Positions 1 through 12,147 of a DNA stretch of 64,000 bases are shown in pieces. How positions within the stretch are numbered: the stretch's first letter is position 1; every line of letters begins with the position of its first letter. Made by a program: the position numbers and the translations under genes. Below the pieces are notes generated by a model. That model made no database searches. It was not told the origin of the DNA and saw only the letters and a list, made by a program, of their open reading frames with translations. The stretch is from Candidatus Omnitrophota bacterium (GTDB lineage Bacteria; Omnitrophota; Gorgyraeia; Gygaellales; Profunditerraquicolaceae), in NCBI GenBank assembly GCA_028716965.1, contig JAQUOV010000002.1:132472-196471 (forward strand). The letters run 5' to 3'.

Positions 1-64
1 GACCAACTCAAAAGAACTAATAAAGATAAGGCGATAGCTAATACTAATCGTTTTTCCATAGATT

Positions 65-289
65 TTATGTTAAGGGGTCGTAACCTGAACGGCCAGAAAA
101 AGGATGGCAACGCAGAATTCTCATTAACCCTTTACATACTCCTTTAATTAACCCGTATTTTAAAATTGCCTGTTTGGTATATTCGGAGCATCCCGGCTCA
201 AAACGGCAACTCGCCGGGATAGCAGGCCTTATATATTTCTGATATGCCGTTACCAGCTTAACTATCAGGTTGGCCGGTTTTAAATACAA
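65..289 (-). CDS. yidD: Membrane protein insertion efficiency factor YidD (hemolytic-domain family)
   Basis: 74-aa ORF with the YidD signature AYQKYIRPAIPASCRFEPGCSEY...RILRCHP. It lies beside rpmH, divergent from dnaA, as in the canonical rpmH-rnpA-yidD-yidC locus. Confidence 0.7.
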   Translation of the reverse strand: MYLKPANLIVKLVTAYQKYIRPAIPASCRFEPGCSEYTKQAILKYGLIKGVCKGLMRILRCHPFSGRSGYDPLT

Positions 290-417
290 AGTCTCTTCCT
301 GCCTTTGTGCCGTCGGCGCGCCAAAAGTTTGCGCCCAGACCTGGTTGACATTTTCCTGCGGAAACCCTGCCGCTTCTTACCAACAATATTAGACGGTGTT
401 TTTAGGTTTTTCTTCAT
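280..417 (-). CDS. rpmH: 50S ribosomal protein L34
   Basis: Manual minus-strand translation gives MKKNLKTPSNIVGKKRQGFRRKMSTRSGRKLLARRRHKGRKRLCI (45 aa), the classic L34 basic motif. It is absent from the ORF track because it is under 60 aa. Its stop overlaps the yidD start by about 10 nt. Confidence 0.75.
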   Translation of the reverse strand: MKKNLKTPSNIVGKKRQGFRRKMSTRSGRKLLARRRHKGRKRLCI

Positions 418-496
418 CTTAAACTCTCCATTTCTTATGCCTCACCATAGATACTACAAAAAAAGCAAAGAGCAGAGACCAAGAAAACTACTCTAA

Positions 497-759
497 GCAA
501 TTTTCCTAATTTTTGTGAATTGTAACACACATTCACCATGTGGTCAAGTTTTTTATTGACGTGCCTATAAATTATTGTATAATAACTGACGTTTATCTTT
601 TCAACTTGCAAGTATTTTTATCCCTGATATAATGTTCATGTTTTCATTATGTAGGTGAATTGATTTTATCCACAGATTTATGCAACTTGTGCATAAACTG
701 TTAATTCACTGCATAAAGCAATTCCGTTGCTGGCGCGTGTGTTTTGCTAGGGGGCAGGC
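497..759. promoter_or_regulatory. Candidate oriC / dnaA promoter region with DnaA boxes
   Basis: AT-rich intergenic region between divergent rpmH and dnaA. It contains a perfect DnaA box TTATCCACA at 666..674 and degenerate boxes (tgtgcataa 693..701, tgtggtcaa 540..548). Confidence 0.45.
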
Positions 760-2097
760 ATGATTGAGCTATCTAAAAACTGGGAAGAGGTCCAGGGTGA
801 TTTGAAATTCAGGCTGGGAGAAATTATATTTTCTACCTGGATAGCTCCGTTAAAATTTTCTGCTATAGATAGCCAAAATATCGGGCTTGAGGCACCAGAT
901 CAATTTTTCAAAGATTGGGTTGAAAAACACTACCTCGGACTTATTCATGAATCCCTGAAAAACAAGGGCTTGAATAACCTGTTGGTAAAATTAACTGTGG
1001 GCGGTAAAAAAGATGGCCTGGTTATACCGGATAAAATTAATACAGCAGGCAGCAAAAACCATTTCCAGGCAGGCTCTCTTAATCTTAATTTACGTTATAC
1101 ATTTGAAAATTTTGTAGTCGGCCCCGGGAACCGGCATGCTCACGCTTATTCGCTTGCTGTCGCTAATTCGCCGGCTAAAACATACAACCCGCTGTTTATT
1201 TATGGCGGGGTTGGGTTGGGTAAAACACATCTTATCCAGGCCATCTGCCATCAGATAAAAAATAACGGACCTTCGGGGGCAAAAATATGTTATATCTCAA
1301 GCGAAAAATTCACCAATGAGCTGATTGATGCCATTTTACACCATACCACTGCAGCCTTTAGGCAAAAGTACCGCAACCTCGACGTTTTGGTCATAGATGA
1401 CATCCATTTTATTGCCGGTAAGGAATCCACGCAGGAAGAATTTTTTCATACCTTTAATGCTTTATATGATGCGCATAAACAAATCGTGTTTTCCTCTGAC
1501 CGTCCACCAAAAGAAATTACTAATCTGCAAGAAAGACTGGTTTCCCGGTTTGGCTGGGGATTAGCTACAGATATCCAGCCTCCGGATCTGGAAACACGGG
1601 TCGCTATCCTAAAGAAGAAGGTTGAAAGAGAGCCTATTAGTATACCCGACGATGTGATATTTTTCATCGCACAATTAATCAAAACAAATATCCGCGAATT
1701 AGAAGGAGCACTGGTCAGAACAATCGCTTATTCTTTATTAGAAGAAGAGCCGGTAACATTGCAATTAGCTAAAGAAGTGCTCAAGGATCTATTAAAAGAG
1801 CCTAAGAAGTTAATTACTGTAGATTTTATCCAGCGCTGTGTAGCAGAGGAATTTGGGGTTTCTTTGCAAGAATTAAAAACAAAGCGGAGGAACAAACAGG
1901 TTGTGCTGCCGCGGCAAGTCGCCATGTATCTAAGTAGAGAGTTGACAGATTTATCGCTTCCTGAAATCGGAGAACTTTTTAGCGGAAAAGACCACACTAC
2001 AGTTTTACACTCCTATAAAAAGATCAAAGAAGAAATCCGCAACAGTCCGGGTTTAAAGGAGAGGGTAGAAAAAGTTATTCAAGTTATTAAACAGTAA
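760..2097 (+). CDS. dnaA: Chromosomal replication initiator DnaA
   Basis: 445 aa with AAA+ Walker [11 protein letters not shown], Walker B LVIDDIHF, and the C-terminal DNA-binding domain ([23 protein letters not shown]). Confidence 0.95.
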   Translation: MIELSKNWEEVQGDLKFRLGEIIFSTWIAPLKFSAIDSQNIGLEAPDQFFKDWVEKHYLGLIHESLKNKGLNNLLVKLTVGGKKDGLVIPDKINTAGSKNHFQAGSLNLNLRYTFENFVVGPGNRHAHAYSLAVANSPAKTYNPLFIYGGVGLGKTHLIQAICHQIKNNGPSGAKICYISSEKFTNELIDAILHHTTAAFRQKYRNLDVLVIDDIHFIAGKESTQEEFFHTFNALYDAHKQIVFSSDRPPKEITNLQERLVSRFGWGLATDIQPPDLETRVAILKKKVEREPISIPDDVIFFIAQLIKTNIRELEGALVRTIAYSLLEEEPVTLQLAKEVLKDLLKEPKKLITVDFIQRCVAEEFGVSLQELKTKRRNKQVVLPRQVAMYLSRELTDLSLPEIGELFSGKDHTTVLHSYKKIKEEIRNSPGLKERVEKVIQVIKQ

Positions 2098-2239
2098 TCC
2101 AAAGATTATTAGATGTATATTTTTATTCTAATTTACCATAAATATAATAAGTTATATACTTTTTAACAGAAACATAACCCCTTTAATACTACGACGATAT
2201 TAAGTTCTTAAATATATATAAATAGAAGGAGATTATAGA

Positions 2240-3331
2240 ATGAAATTTAAAGTTGAAAAAAACAGTTTGGTTGCGGCAATTCAAACCGTACAAAATATAA
2301 TTACCTCAAAATCCGCCCTGCCAATTCTCTCTAATATATTAATTGAAACTCAACAGGGTGGTATAAGGTTAACCGCAACAGATTTAGATATAGGGATAAC
2401 ATGTGTAATACCTGTGGATATCCAGGAGCCAGGGGCAATTACTATTCCCGCAAAAAGATTTAGCGATATAGTTAAAGAATTTCCTGTAGATATTATTAAT
2501 ATATCTACTAAAAAGAATAATCTTGTGGTAGTTGATTCTGAATTATGTCAGTTTAAAATTATGGGTTTAGCAAAAGAGGAATTCCCTAAACTACCGGAGT
2601 TCAAAGATAAGAAAGTTGTTAAGGTTGAACAAATAACCTTAAAAGAAATGTTGGCCTTAACTTCATTTGCAGTATCATTTGATGAAACAAGGTATGTTTT
2701 GAATGGGATATTATTTAAGATTAATAAAGGGGTTTTAACGCTTGTTTCTACTGACGGTAAAAGACTGGCCTTTGCAGAAAGAAAATTAGAGACGGGTTTA
2801 GATGTAGATTTAAATATGATTGTTCCGATTAAAACAATACATGAGTTGAACCGCAATCTAAAAGAAGGCGGGGAATTATCTTTGGTGGTCGGCAGTAACC
2901 AGGCGCTTTTTGATTTAGGGGGTGTAGTGGTAATCTCGCGTTTGATTGAAGGGGAGTTTCCGGATTATAAACAAGTTATCCCCTCGGCATCTGAAAATAA
3001 GGTAAAGATTGGCCGGAACCAATTATTGCTGGCGGTAAAAAGGGCGGCGCTTTTAGCTACAGCAGATTATCAGGCGGTGAAATTGGAGGTTTTTAAAAAT
3101 AAACTGGTAATTTCCAAATCTACTCCGGATGTGGGAGAGTTCCATGAAGAATTAGCAGCAGAATACCAGGGCAGAGAGATGATTATTGGCTTTAACCCGG
3201 TTTATTTAATAGATATTTTGAAAAACCTTAATGAAGAGGTTATTAATTTAGAATTAACCGATGGAGAGAAACCGGGGGTTATCCGTATCAGCGGCTATGT
3301 GTATATAGTACTGCCCATGCGTATTAATTAA
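2240..3331 (+). CDS. dnaN: DNA polymerase III beta sliding clamp
   Basis: 363 aa of typical DnaN length, following dnaA. A strong RBS AAGGAGA precedes it, and the N-terminus MKFKVEKNSLVAAIQTVQNI is DnaN-like. Confidence 0.9.
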   Translation: MKFKVEKNSLVAAIQTVQNIITSKSALPILSNILIETQQGGIRLTATDLDIGITCVIPVDIQEPGAITIPAKRFSDIVKEFPVDIINISTKKNNLVVVDSELCQFKIMGLAKEEFPKLPEFKDKKVVKVEQITLKEMLALTSFAVSFDETRYVLNGILFKINKGVLTLVSTDGKRLAFAERKLETGLDVDLNMIVPIKTIHELNRNLKEGGELSLVVGSNQALFDLGGVVVISRLIEGEFPDYKQVIPSASENKVKIGRNQLLLAVKRAALLATADYQAVKLEVFKNKLVISKSTPDVGEFHEELAAEYQGREMIIGFNPVYLIDILKNLNEEVINLELTDGEKPGVIRISGYVYIVLPMRIN

Positions 3332-3335
3332 AACA

Positions 3336-6061
<2,726 letters not shown>

Positions 6062-6063
6062 CT

Positions 6064-6900
6064 ATGGAAATAATTGCGCCGGATAAATCTAACGAAATTT
6101 TATATCCCGTTGCTGTCTTTAAGGAATCCTGGGGGCTCTGTATTAGGAGTTTAAAGAAATTAAGCCTGATTTACATAATTTTTAATCTGCCGATAATTGC
6201 TTTTTACTTTACTCCTGTGGCAGAAAAAATGCAGGCAGGGAAGCCAAGCCTTACAACCTTTCTTTTATTTTTCGTTCCGGCTTTGACCGCCAGCATTTGG
6301 TGTCACATTTCTCTGCTGCTGGCGGCAAAGAAAACGGTTGGTTTTGAGGATTATGAGATTGGGGAAAGCATAGCCCAGACAAAACCTTTATTTTTTAAAT
6401 ATCTCGGCACGGTTTTGCTCATCTCCCTTTTTATATTGGGCGTTGCTATGTTTAGCAGCTTGTCTGTCGCGCTGGCCTTGACGCTGTTGTTAAAGATAAA
6501 TAAGCTGTTGGCGACGCTGGTTTGCCTTGCTTTGGGAATAGCGATTATTGCATCAGCAGTTTATTTAATTATTCTCTGGTCTCTTGCTGCTACAGTTTGC
6601 GTTCTCGAGAACCTTCACCCTATAGCGGCCTTAAAGCGCAGCACCGCTTTAGTTGGAAACCGGGTGCTTCCGGTAGTATTTGTATATTCTTTGTTCGTGG
6701 CCGCATGTATTATATGTTTGATTCCATTTGTTATCGCTGGGGCAATCTTGGGCATAGGTGGCAATGCTGTTGAGGCAAATCAGGCAGGTTCAATATACAG
6801 CATGTTTATAAATATTGTCTTAATCCCGTTCTGGTCCGTACTTACAGTAATGTTGTATAAAAAATTACAAGGGGCATTAGAAACTAATGTATACGCGTAA
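6064..6900 (+). CDS. Hypothetical polytopic membrane protein
   Basis: 278 aa with several long hydrophobic segments. It is wedged between gyrB and gyrA and overlaps the gyrA start by 14 nt. Confidence 0.5.
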   Translation: MEIIAPDKSNEILYPVAVFKESWGLCIRSLKKLSLIYIIFNLPIIAFYFTPVAEKMQAGKPSLTTFLLFFVPALTASIWCHISLLLAAKKTVGFEDYEIGESIAQTKPLFFKYLGTVLLISLFILGVAMFSSLSVALALTLLLKINKLLATLVCLALGIAIIASAVYLIILWSLAATVCVLENLHPIAALKRSTALVGNRVLPVVFVYSLFVAACIICLIPFVIAGAILGIGGNAVEANQAGSIYSMFINIVLIPFWSVLTVMLYKKLQGALETNVYA

Positions 6901-9316
6901 CGAGAAAATAATACCGGTTTATATTGAAGACGAGGTAAAAGATTCCTATTTGAATTATGCAATGAGCGTAATCGTCGGCCGCGCCCTGCCTGATGTGCGC
7001 GATGGGTTAAAACCGGTCCACCGCAGGATTCTTTACGCTATGCAAGAGCTTAATCTTGGGCACTCCAAGCCATATAAGAAATGCGCGCGTATAGTCGGTG
7101 AGACCATGGGTAAATATCACCCGCATGGAGATATGGCTATTTATGATACCCTGGTAAGAATGGCGCAGAATTTCACTTTGCGCTATCCCTTGGTGGATGG
7201 CCAGGGGAACTTTGGTTCGGTTGACGGCGATGCTGCTGCTGCCATGCGTTATACCGAAGCCCGCCTTGCCGCAATTGCCGATGAGCTGCTTGGAGATATT
7301 GAAAAAGACACGGTTGTCTTCGGGCCAAATTTTGATGCTTCTTTAAAAGAACCCTTACTTTTGCCAGCCAGCCTGCCGAACCTCTTAGTTAATGGTTCAA
7401 GCGGGATTGCCGTAGGCATGGCCACAAACATACCCCCGCATAACTTAAATGAGGTTTGCGATGCGGTCATCTATCTTATCGATCATCCTGATGCGGAGAT
7501 CAAAGACCTGATGCGTTATATCAAGGGCCCGGATTTTCCCACCGGAGGATTGATTTGCGGCAAGGCCGGGATTAAGGATGCATATATGACGGGCAGGGGC
7601 AGGCTTTTGGTGCGCGCCAAGGCGACTGTAGAGCATCAAAAGAACGGTAAGGATTTGATTATTTTTACTGAAATTCCTTATCAGGTCCAGAAATCAGGCA
7701 TTATCGAGTCCATTGCCGGCTTAGTTGATGATAAAAAAATAGAAGGTATATCCGATATACGCGATGAATCGGACAAGGAAGGCATGCGTATTGTCATCGA
7801 GCTTAAGCGTGATGTCGAATCGCAGATCGTGCTGAATCAGCTTTTCAAGCACACCCAGCTGGAAAATACATTTGGTATTATTATGCTGGCATTAGTGGAC
7901 AACCGGCCAAAGGTTTTAAATTTACGCCAGGTATTGGATTGCTATATTGAACACCGCAAAGTCGTTATCCGCAGGCGCACGCAGTTTGAACTGGACAAAG
8001 CCTTAAAGCGCGCGCATATTTTAGAAGGATTAAAAATAGCGCTTAAGTTTATAGACCGGATCATTAAGGTTATCAAGACCTCTAAGAGCGTAGAGAGCGC
8101 CAAGGTAAATTTAATGAAGGAGTTTGGGCTTTCCGAGATTCAGTCACAGGCTATCCTTGAGATGCAGTTACAGCGCCTGACTGCACTTGAACGCGATAAA
8201 ATTGATGCAGAGTATGAAGAGCTCTTGAAGAAAATTGAATTATGCCGGGCGATTTTAGCTTCACAGAAAAAGATCGAGGCCATTATCAAGGAAGAGCTTG
8301 AGAATTTAAAGGAAAAATATGGAGATCAGCGGCGTACGGATATTGTAGGAGAGGCCGAGGAGCTGGAGGTTGAAGATTTAATCGCTGAAGAAGACGTGGT
8401 GGTAACAATCAGCCATGGCGGCTATATCAAGCGTTTACCGGTAAGCTCCTACCGTAAGCAAAAACGCGGAGGAACCGGGGCAACGGGTGCGGAGCTTAAA
8501 GATGAGGATTTTATCGAGCATCTTTTTGTTGCTTCGACCAAAGATTATCTGCTTATTTTTACGGATAAGGGCCAGGTACATTGGCTGAAGGTTTATGAAA
8601 TCCCCCAGGCCAGCCGTATTTCTAAAGGCAAGGCAATCGTTAATATTGTGCAAATGGAGCAGGCGGCTAAGGTCAGTTCGACTATACCGGTAAAAGAGTT
8701 CTCCCCGGATAGATATTTAGTGATGGTCACTAAGCTGGGGCAGATCAAGAAGACCAAGCTGGATGCATACGGTAACCCGCGCAAAGGCGGGATTATCGGG
8801 ATCACTTTAGATAAAGATGATGTTTTAATCGGTGTGGAGATGACTGATGGCAAGCAGGAACTGCTTATTGGGACCAAGCAGGGTAAGGCGATAAGGTTTT
8901 CCGAGGAAAATGTACGCGATATGGGCAGGTCCGCAAGGGGGGTACGCGCCGTATCTTTGGCAAAAAAAGATGAAGTTATCGATATGGTGGTTCCGCAAAA
9001 AGCATCTACTATACTTACAGTTACAGCCTTAGGTTTTGCAAAGCGCACTACCATTGATGAGTATCGGCTGACCAGCCGCGGCGGCAAAGGCGTAATAAAT
9101 ATAAGGGTTACGGATAAAAACGGAGAGGCCGTAAATTTAAAATGCGTCAATGATAAGGATGAGCTTATGGTGATTACCCAAAACGGAATATTCTTACGTT
9201 GTGCGATAAAGGATATCCGCGAGACCGGACGTTCATCCCAGGGCGTGCGGTTGATTAAGCTGCAGGATAAAGACCGGGTTTCTTGTGTTGCCCCGGTAAT
9301 CGCCGAAGAAGAATAA
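6887..9316 (+). CDS. gyrA: DNA gyrase subunit A
   Basis: 809 aa with N-terminal [28 protein letters not shown], the active-site region, and C-terminal beta-pinwheel repeats. Confidence 0.95.
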   Translation: MYTRNEKIIPVYIEDEVKDSYLNYAMSVIVGRALPDVRDGLKPVHRRILYAMQELNLGHSKPYKKCARIVGETMGKYHPHGDMAIYDTLVRMAQNFTLRYPLVDGQGNFGSVDGDAAAAMRYTEARLAAIADELLGDIEKDTVVFGPNFDASLKEPLLLPASLPNLLVNGSSGIAVGMATNIPPHNLNEVCDAVIYLIDHPDAEIKDLMRYIKGPDFPTGGLICGKAGIKDAYMTGRGRLLVRAKATVEHQKNGKDLIIFTEIPYQVQKSGIIESIAGLVDDKKIEGISDIRDESDKEGMRIVIELKRDVESQIVLNQLFKHTQLENTFGIIMLALVDNRPKVLNLRQVLDCYIEHRKVVIRRRTQFELDKALKRAHILEGLKIALKFIDRIIKVIKTSKSVESAKVNLMKEFGLSEIQSQAILEMQLQRLTALERDKIDAEYEELLKKIELCRAILASQKKIEAIIKEELENLKEKYGDQRRTDIVGEAEELEVEDLIAEEDVVVTISHGGYIKRLPVSSYRKQKRGGTGATGAELKDEDFIEHLFVASTKDYLLIFTDKGQVHWLKVYEIPQASRISKGKAIVNIVQMEQAAKVSSTIPVKEFSPDRYLVMVTKLGQIKKTKLDAYGNPRKGGIIGITLDKDDVLIGVEMTDGKQELLIGTKQGKAIRFSEENVRDMGRSARGVRAVSLAKKDEVIDMVVPQKASTILTVTALGFAKRTTIDEYRLTSRGGKGVINIRVTDKNGEAVNLKCVNDKDELMVITQNGIFLRCAIKDIRETGRSSQGVRLIKLQDKDRVSCVAPVIAEEE

Positions 9317-9321
9317 ACTCT

Positions 9322-9396
9322 GACCCTGTCGTCTAGCCTGGTCCAGGACAAGAGCTTTTCAAGCTCTCGACACGGGTTCAAATCCCGTCAGGGTCA
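9322..9396 (+). tRNA. tRNA-Glu (anticodon UUC)
   Basis: Hand-folded cloverleaf. The acceptor GACCCUG pairs with CAGGGUC, the D-arm CGUCUAGCCUGGUCCAGGACA resembles bacterial tRNA-Glu, and the anticodon loop is UUUUCAA. A GGGUUCAAAUCCCGU T-arm is present and the discriminator is A. Confidence 0.85.
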
Positions 9397-9463
9397 CTAA
9401 AATCGCATAAGGGCTATTGCTGATCGTATATTGTTTGCGATAGGCAATAAGCGGTAAGCTAAT

Positions 9464-11299
9464 ATGTGTGGAATAGTCGGATATATAGGTGAAAGGCCGG
9501 CCCAGGGAATGCTCTTGACCGGCCTTAAGCGTTTAGAGTACCGCGGTTATGATTCCAGCGGCATAGCCGTAATTATTCCCGGGAAAAATACCCCGTCTGT
9601 CAGGAAGGCTTCCGGTAAAATTAGCGCTTTGGAAAAATTACTTAAAGCCAGAGGGCTTAAGGGCAGCGTAGGAATTGCGCATACCCGCTGGGCTACGCAC
9701 GGGGCGCCAACACGTGCCAATGCCCATCCGCATACCGACTGCGAAAACGAAATAGCGCTTGTGCATAATGGGATTATTGAAAACTATGAGGTTTTAAGGG
9801 CACAATTGCTAAAAGAGGGGCATTTGTTTCGCAGTCAGACCGATACCGAGGTGATCGTTCACCTTATTGAGAAGTTTTATAAGAATATCCCGTTAGAAGA
9901 TGCGGTACGCAAGGCCTTGAAATTAGTCACCGGGTCTTTTGCCATCGCGGTTATCGCTAAGCAAGAACCGGACAAGCTTGTCGGTGCCCGTTCGGGAAGC
10001 CCTTTGATTGTGGGGGTCGGCAAAGGCGAAAACTTCCTTGCCTCCGACGCTCCGGCAATTCTTGAACATACCAAGGAGATAATCTTCTTAGAGGAAAATG
10101 AGGTGGCGGTATTAAGCAAAGGCAGCTGCGCAATAATGGATCTTAACGGCAAGGCAGTAATTAGGGATGCGGTACGGCTTAACTGGGATATTGAACAGGC
10201 CCAGAAGCAGGGGTATAAACATTTTATGCTCAAAGAGATCAATGAGCAGCCCAGGATTATTGAGGCCCTGCTTGATTTGAGGATACAAAAAGACAGCAGG
10301 GTATTTTTTAAAGAACAGGGTATTGCTCTTGAGAAATTAAAAAACATAAAAAGTATTTTTATCGTTGCCTGCGGCACAGCTTATCACGCAGGCCTTGTGG
10401 GCAAATATGCCTTGGAGTCCCTTTGTAAAATACCCACATATATAGATGTGTCAAGCGAATTTCGTTACCGCGACCTGCTTATTGATGAAAATACCCTGGT
10501 CTTAGCGATTAGCCAATCCGGAGAGACAGCGGATACATTGGCGGGAATCCGGGAGGCTAAAAAACTTGGCGCCTCGGTAATCTCTATATGTAATGTCCTG
10601 GGGTCAACCTTGACCCGCGAATCAGACGGGGTAATCTATACTCACGCCGGACCCGAAATCGGAGTTGCCTCTACTAAGGCCTATACTGCTCAATTGACCG
10701 CGATTTATTTATTTGCTTTTTATCTGGCAGAGGTGCGCGATATAGTCCCGCAAAACAAGATAAATAAGTTAATTGAAGAGTTAAGAGATATACCTGCTAA
10801 GCAGGAGGAGATTCTGAAAAATCAGGATACGATTGCCCGCGTATCGCACCGGCATTCGCATTTTGGCTCTTTCTTGTATTTGGGCAGGAATGTAAATTAT
10901 CCTTCGGCTTTAGAGGGCGCGCTGAAATTAAAAGAAATTTCATATATTCCGGCAGAAGGTTATGCGGCAGGAGAGATGAAGCACGGCCCCATTGCTTTAA
11001 TAGATGAATACCGCGCCGTAGTCTGTATTGCCCCGGAGTCCAAGGTATATGAAAAGATGGTTTCTAATATCCAGGAGATCCGTTCGCGGTGCGGCAAAAT
11101 AATTGCTATCGCCACAGAAGGAGACGCCAATATCAAGGAGCTGACAGGGGAGGTAATTTATATTCCCAAATGCAATGAATTATTTTCTCCCCTTCTGGTA
11201 GTATTGCCGCTGCAGTTATTAGCGTACCATATCGCAGTAAAGCGCGGATGCGACGTGGACCAGCCGCGCAACCTAGCTAAATCGGTAACCGTGGAATAA
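9464..11299 (+). CDS. glmS: Glutamine--fructose-6-phosphate aminotransferase (isomerizing)
   Basis: 611 aa beginning MCGIVGYIG (the N-terminal nucleophile Cys), followed by SIS domains and ending ...VDQPRNLAKSVTVE. Confidence 0.95.
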   Translation: MCGIVGYIGERPAQGMLLTGLKRLEYRGYDSSGIAVIIPGKNTPSVRKASGKISALEKLLKARGLKGSVGIAHTRWATHGAPTRANAHPHTDCENEIALVHNGIIENYEVLRAQLLKEGHLFRSQTDTEVIVHLIEKFYKNIPLEDAVRKALKLVTGSFAIAVIAKQEPDKLVGARSGSPLIVGVGKGENFLASDAPAILEHTKEIIFLEENEVAVLSKGSCAIMDLNGKAVIRDAVRLNWDIEQAQKQGYKHFMLKEINEQPRIIEALLDLRIQKDSRVFFKEQGIALEKLKNIKSIFIVACGTAYHAGLVGKYALESLCKIPTYIDVSSEFRYRDLLIDENTLVLAISQSGETADTLAGIREAKKLGASVISICNVLGSTLTRESDGVIYTHAGPEIGVASTKAYTAQLTAIYLFAFYLAEVRDIVPQNKINKLIEELRDIPAKQEEILKNQDTIARVSHRHSHFGSFLYLGRNVNYPSALEGALKLKEISYIPAEGYAAGEMKHGPIALIDEYRAVVCIAPESKVYEKMVSNIQEIRSRCGKIIAIATEGDANIKELTGEVIYIPKCNELFSPLLVVLPLQLLAYHIAVKRGCDVDQPRNLAKSVTVE

Positions 11300-11300
11300 T

Positions 11301-12002
11301 GTGACCGTCATTGCGAGTCCACCGAAGGTGGACAAAGCAATCTCTAATATGCTATATATTGTAGCCACGCCGGTAGGCAATTTAAAAGACATAACTTTGC
11401 GGGCGATTGAGGTTTTAAAAAACGTAGACTTAATTGCCTGCGAGGATACCCGCCACACCAAGATCCTGCTCCAATATTACGGCATCAAAACCCCAACTAC
11501 CAGTTTCTACCAGCATAACAGATTCAGCAAAGGCGAATATATCATGGGCTTGTTGAAAGAAGGCAAGAATATTGCCTTAGTTTCTGATGCCGGCACGCCA
11601 GGCATACTTGACCCGGGATATAATTTGATCAATTTGGCGATAAAAAACAATCTGGAGATGACTTTTATCCCGGGAGCAGCAGCTTTTGTAAACGCACTGG
11701 TACTCTCCGGGAAGCCGGCCCATGAATTTTTCTTTGCCGGGTTTCTTGTTAACCGTCAGCAGGCGCGTAAAAATCAACTGACAAAATTAAAACAACTTAA
11801 ATGTACGGTTATCTTTTATGAATCCTGCCATAGGATTTTGGCCAGCCTTGAAGACATACAGGATGTTTTTGGTGACAAAGAGGTAGTTGTAGCCAGGGAA
11901 CTTACCAAAAAGTTCGAAGAGGTCAAGCGCGCAAGCGCAAAAGATATCCTGGAGTCCCTAAAGAAACAAAAGCCTCGTGGTGAATTCGTAGTAATCATAT
12001 AA
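11301..12002 (+). CDS. rsmI: 16S rRNA (cytidine1402-2'-O)-methyltransferase RsmI
   Basis: 233 aa with LYIVATPVGNLKDITLRAIEVL...IACEDTRHTKILL, typical of the tetrapyrrole-methylase-fold RsmI. Confidence 0.9.
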   Translation: MTVIASPPKVDKAISNMLYIVATPVGNLKDITLRAIEVLKNVDLIACEDTRHTKILLQYYGIKTPTTSFYQHNRFSKGEYIMGLLKEGKNIALVSDAGTPGILDPGYNLINLAIKNNLEMTFIPGAAAFVNALVLSGKPAHEFFFAGFLVNRQQARKNQLTKLKQLKCTVIFYESCHRILASLEDIQDVFGDKEVVVARELTKKFEEVKRASAKDILESLKKQKPRGEFVVII

Positions 12003-12088
12003 CTGCTCTATTTATCCCAATTTGTAAGCCCCGCTCATTAAGAAAACGCTTTCTTAAAACCCCTCAAATACCCTTGTAAACACTTACC

Positions 12089-12094
12089 TATAAT
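12089..12094 (+). promoter_or_regulatory. Candidate -10 element (TATAAT) upstream of the giant gene
   Basis: A perfect TATAAT lies about 54 nt upstream of the 12148 ATG, with no good -35 at 17-nt spacing. There is no obvious Shine-Dalgarno before the giant ORF. Confidence 0.3.
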
Positions 12095-12147
12095 ATATAC
12101 TTTTTCTAACACGGCTGATAAACCGAATCTTAAAAATAACTCAAAAA

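Noticed and set aside
305-496. 63-aa plus-strand ORF in the dnaA upstream region
   Set aside because: It lies antisense to the clearly recognisable rpmH (L34) coding sequence on the minus strand and has no RBS or family resemblance.
1446-1997. Minus-strand ORFs inside dnaA (and many similar antisense ORFs inside dnaN, gyrB, gyrA, glmS, the giant gene, pyr and atp genes)
   Set aside because: They are entirely contained within strongly supported genes on the opposite strand. Their low-complexity translations are typical of antisense read-through frames.
9397-9463. Possible glmS ribozyme upstream of glmS
   Set aside because: The spacer between tRNA-Glu and glmS is only about 67 nt, far shorter than the roughly 170-nt glmS ribozyme, and has no conserved core.
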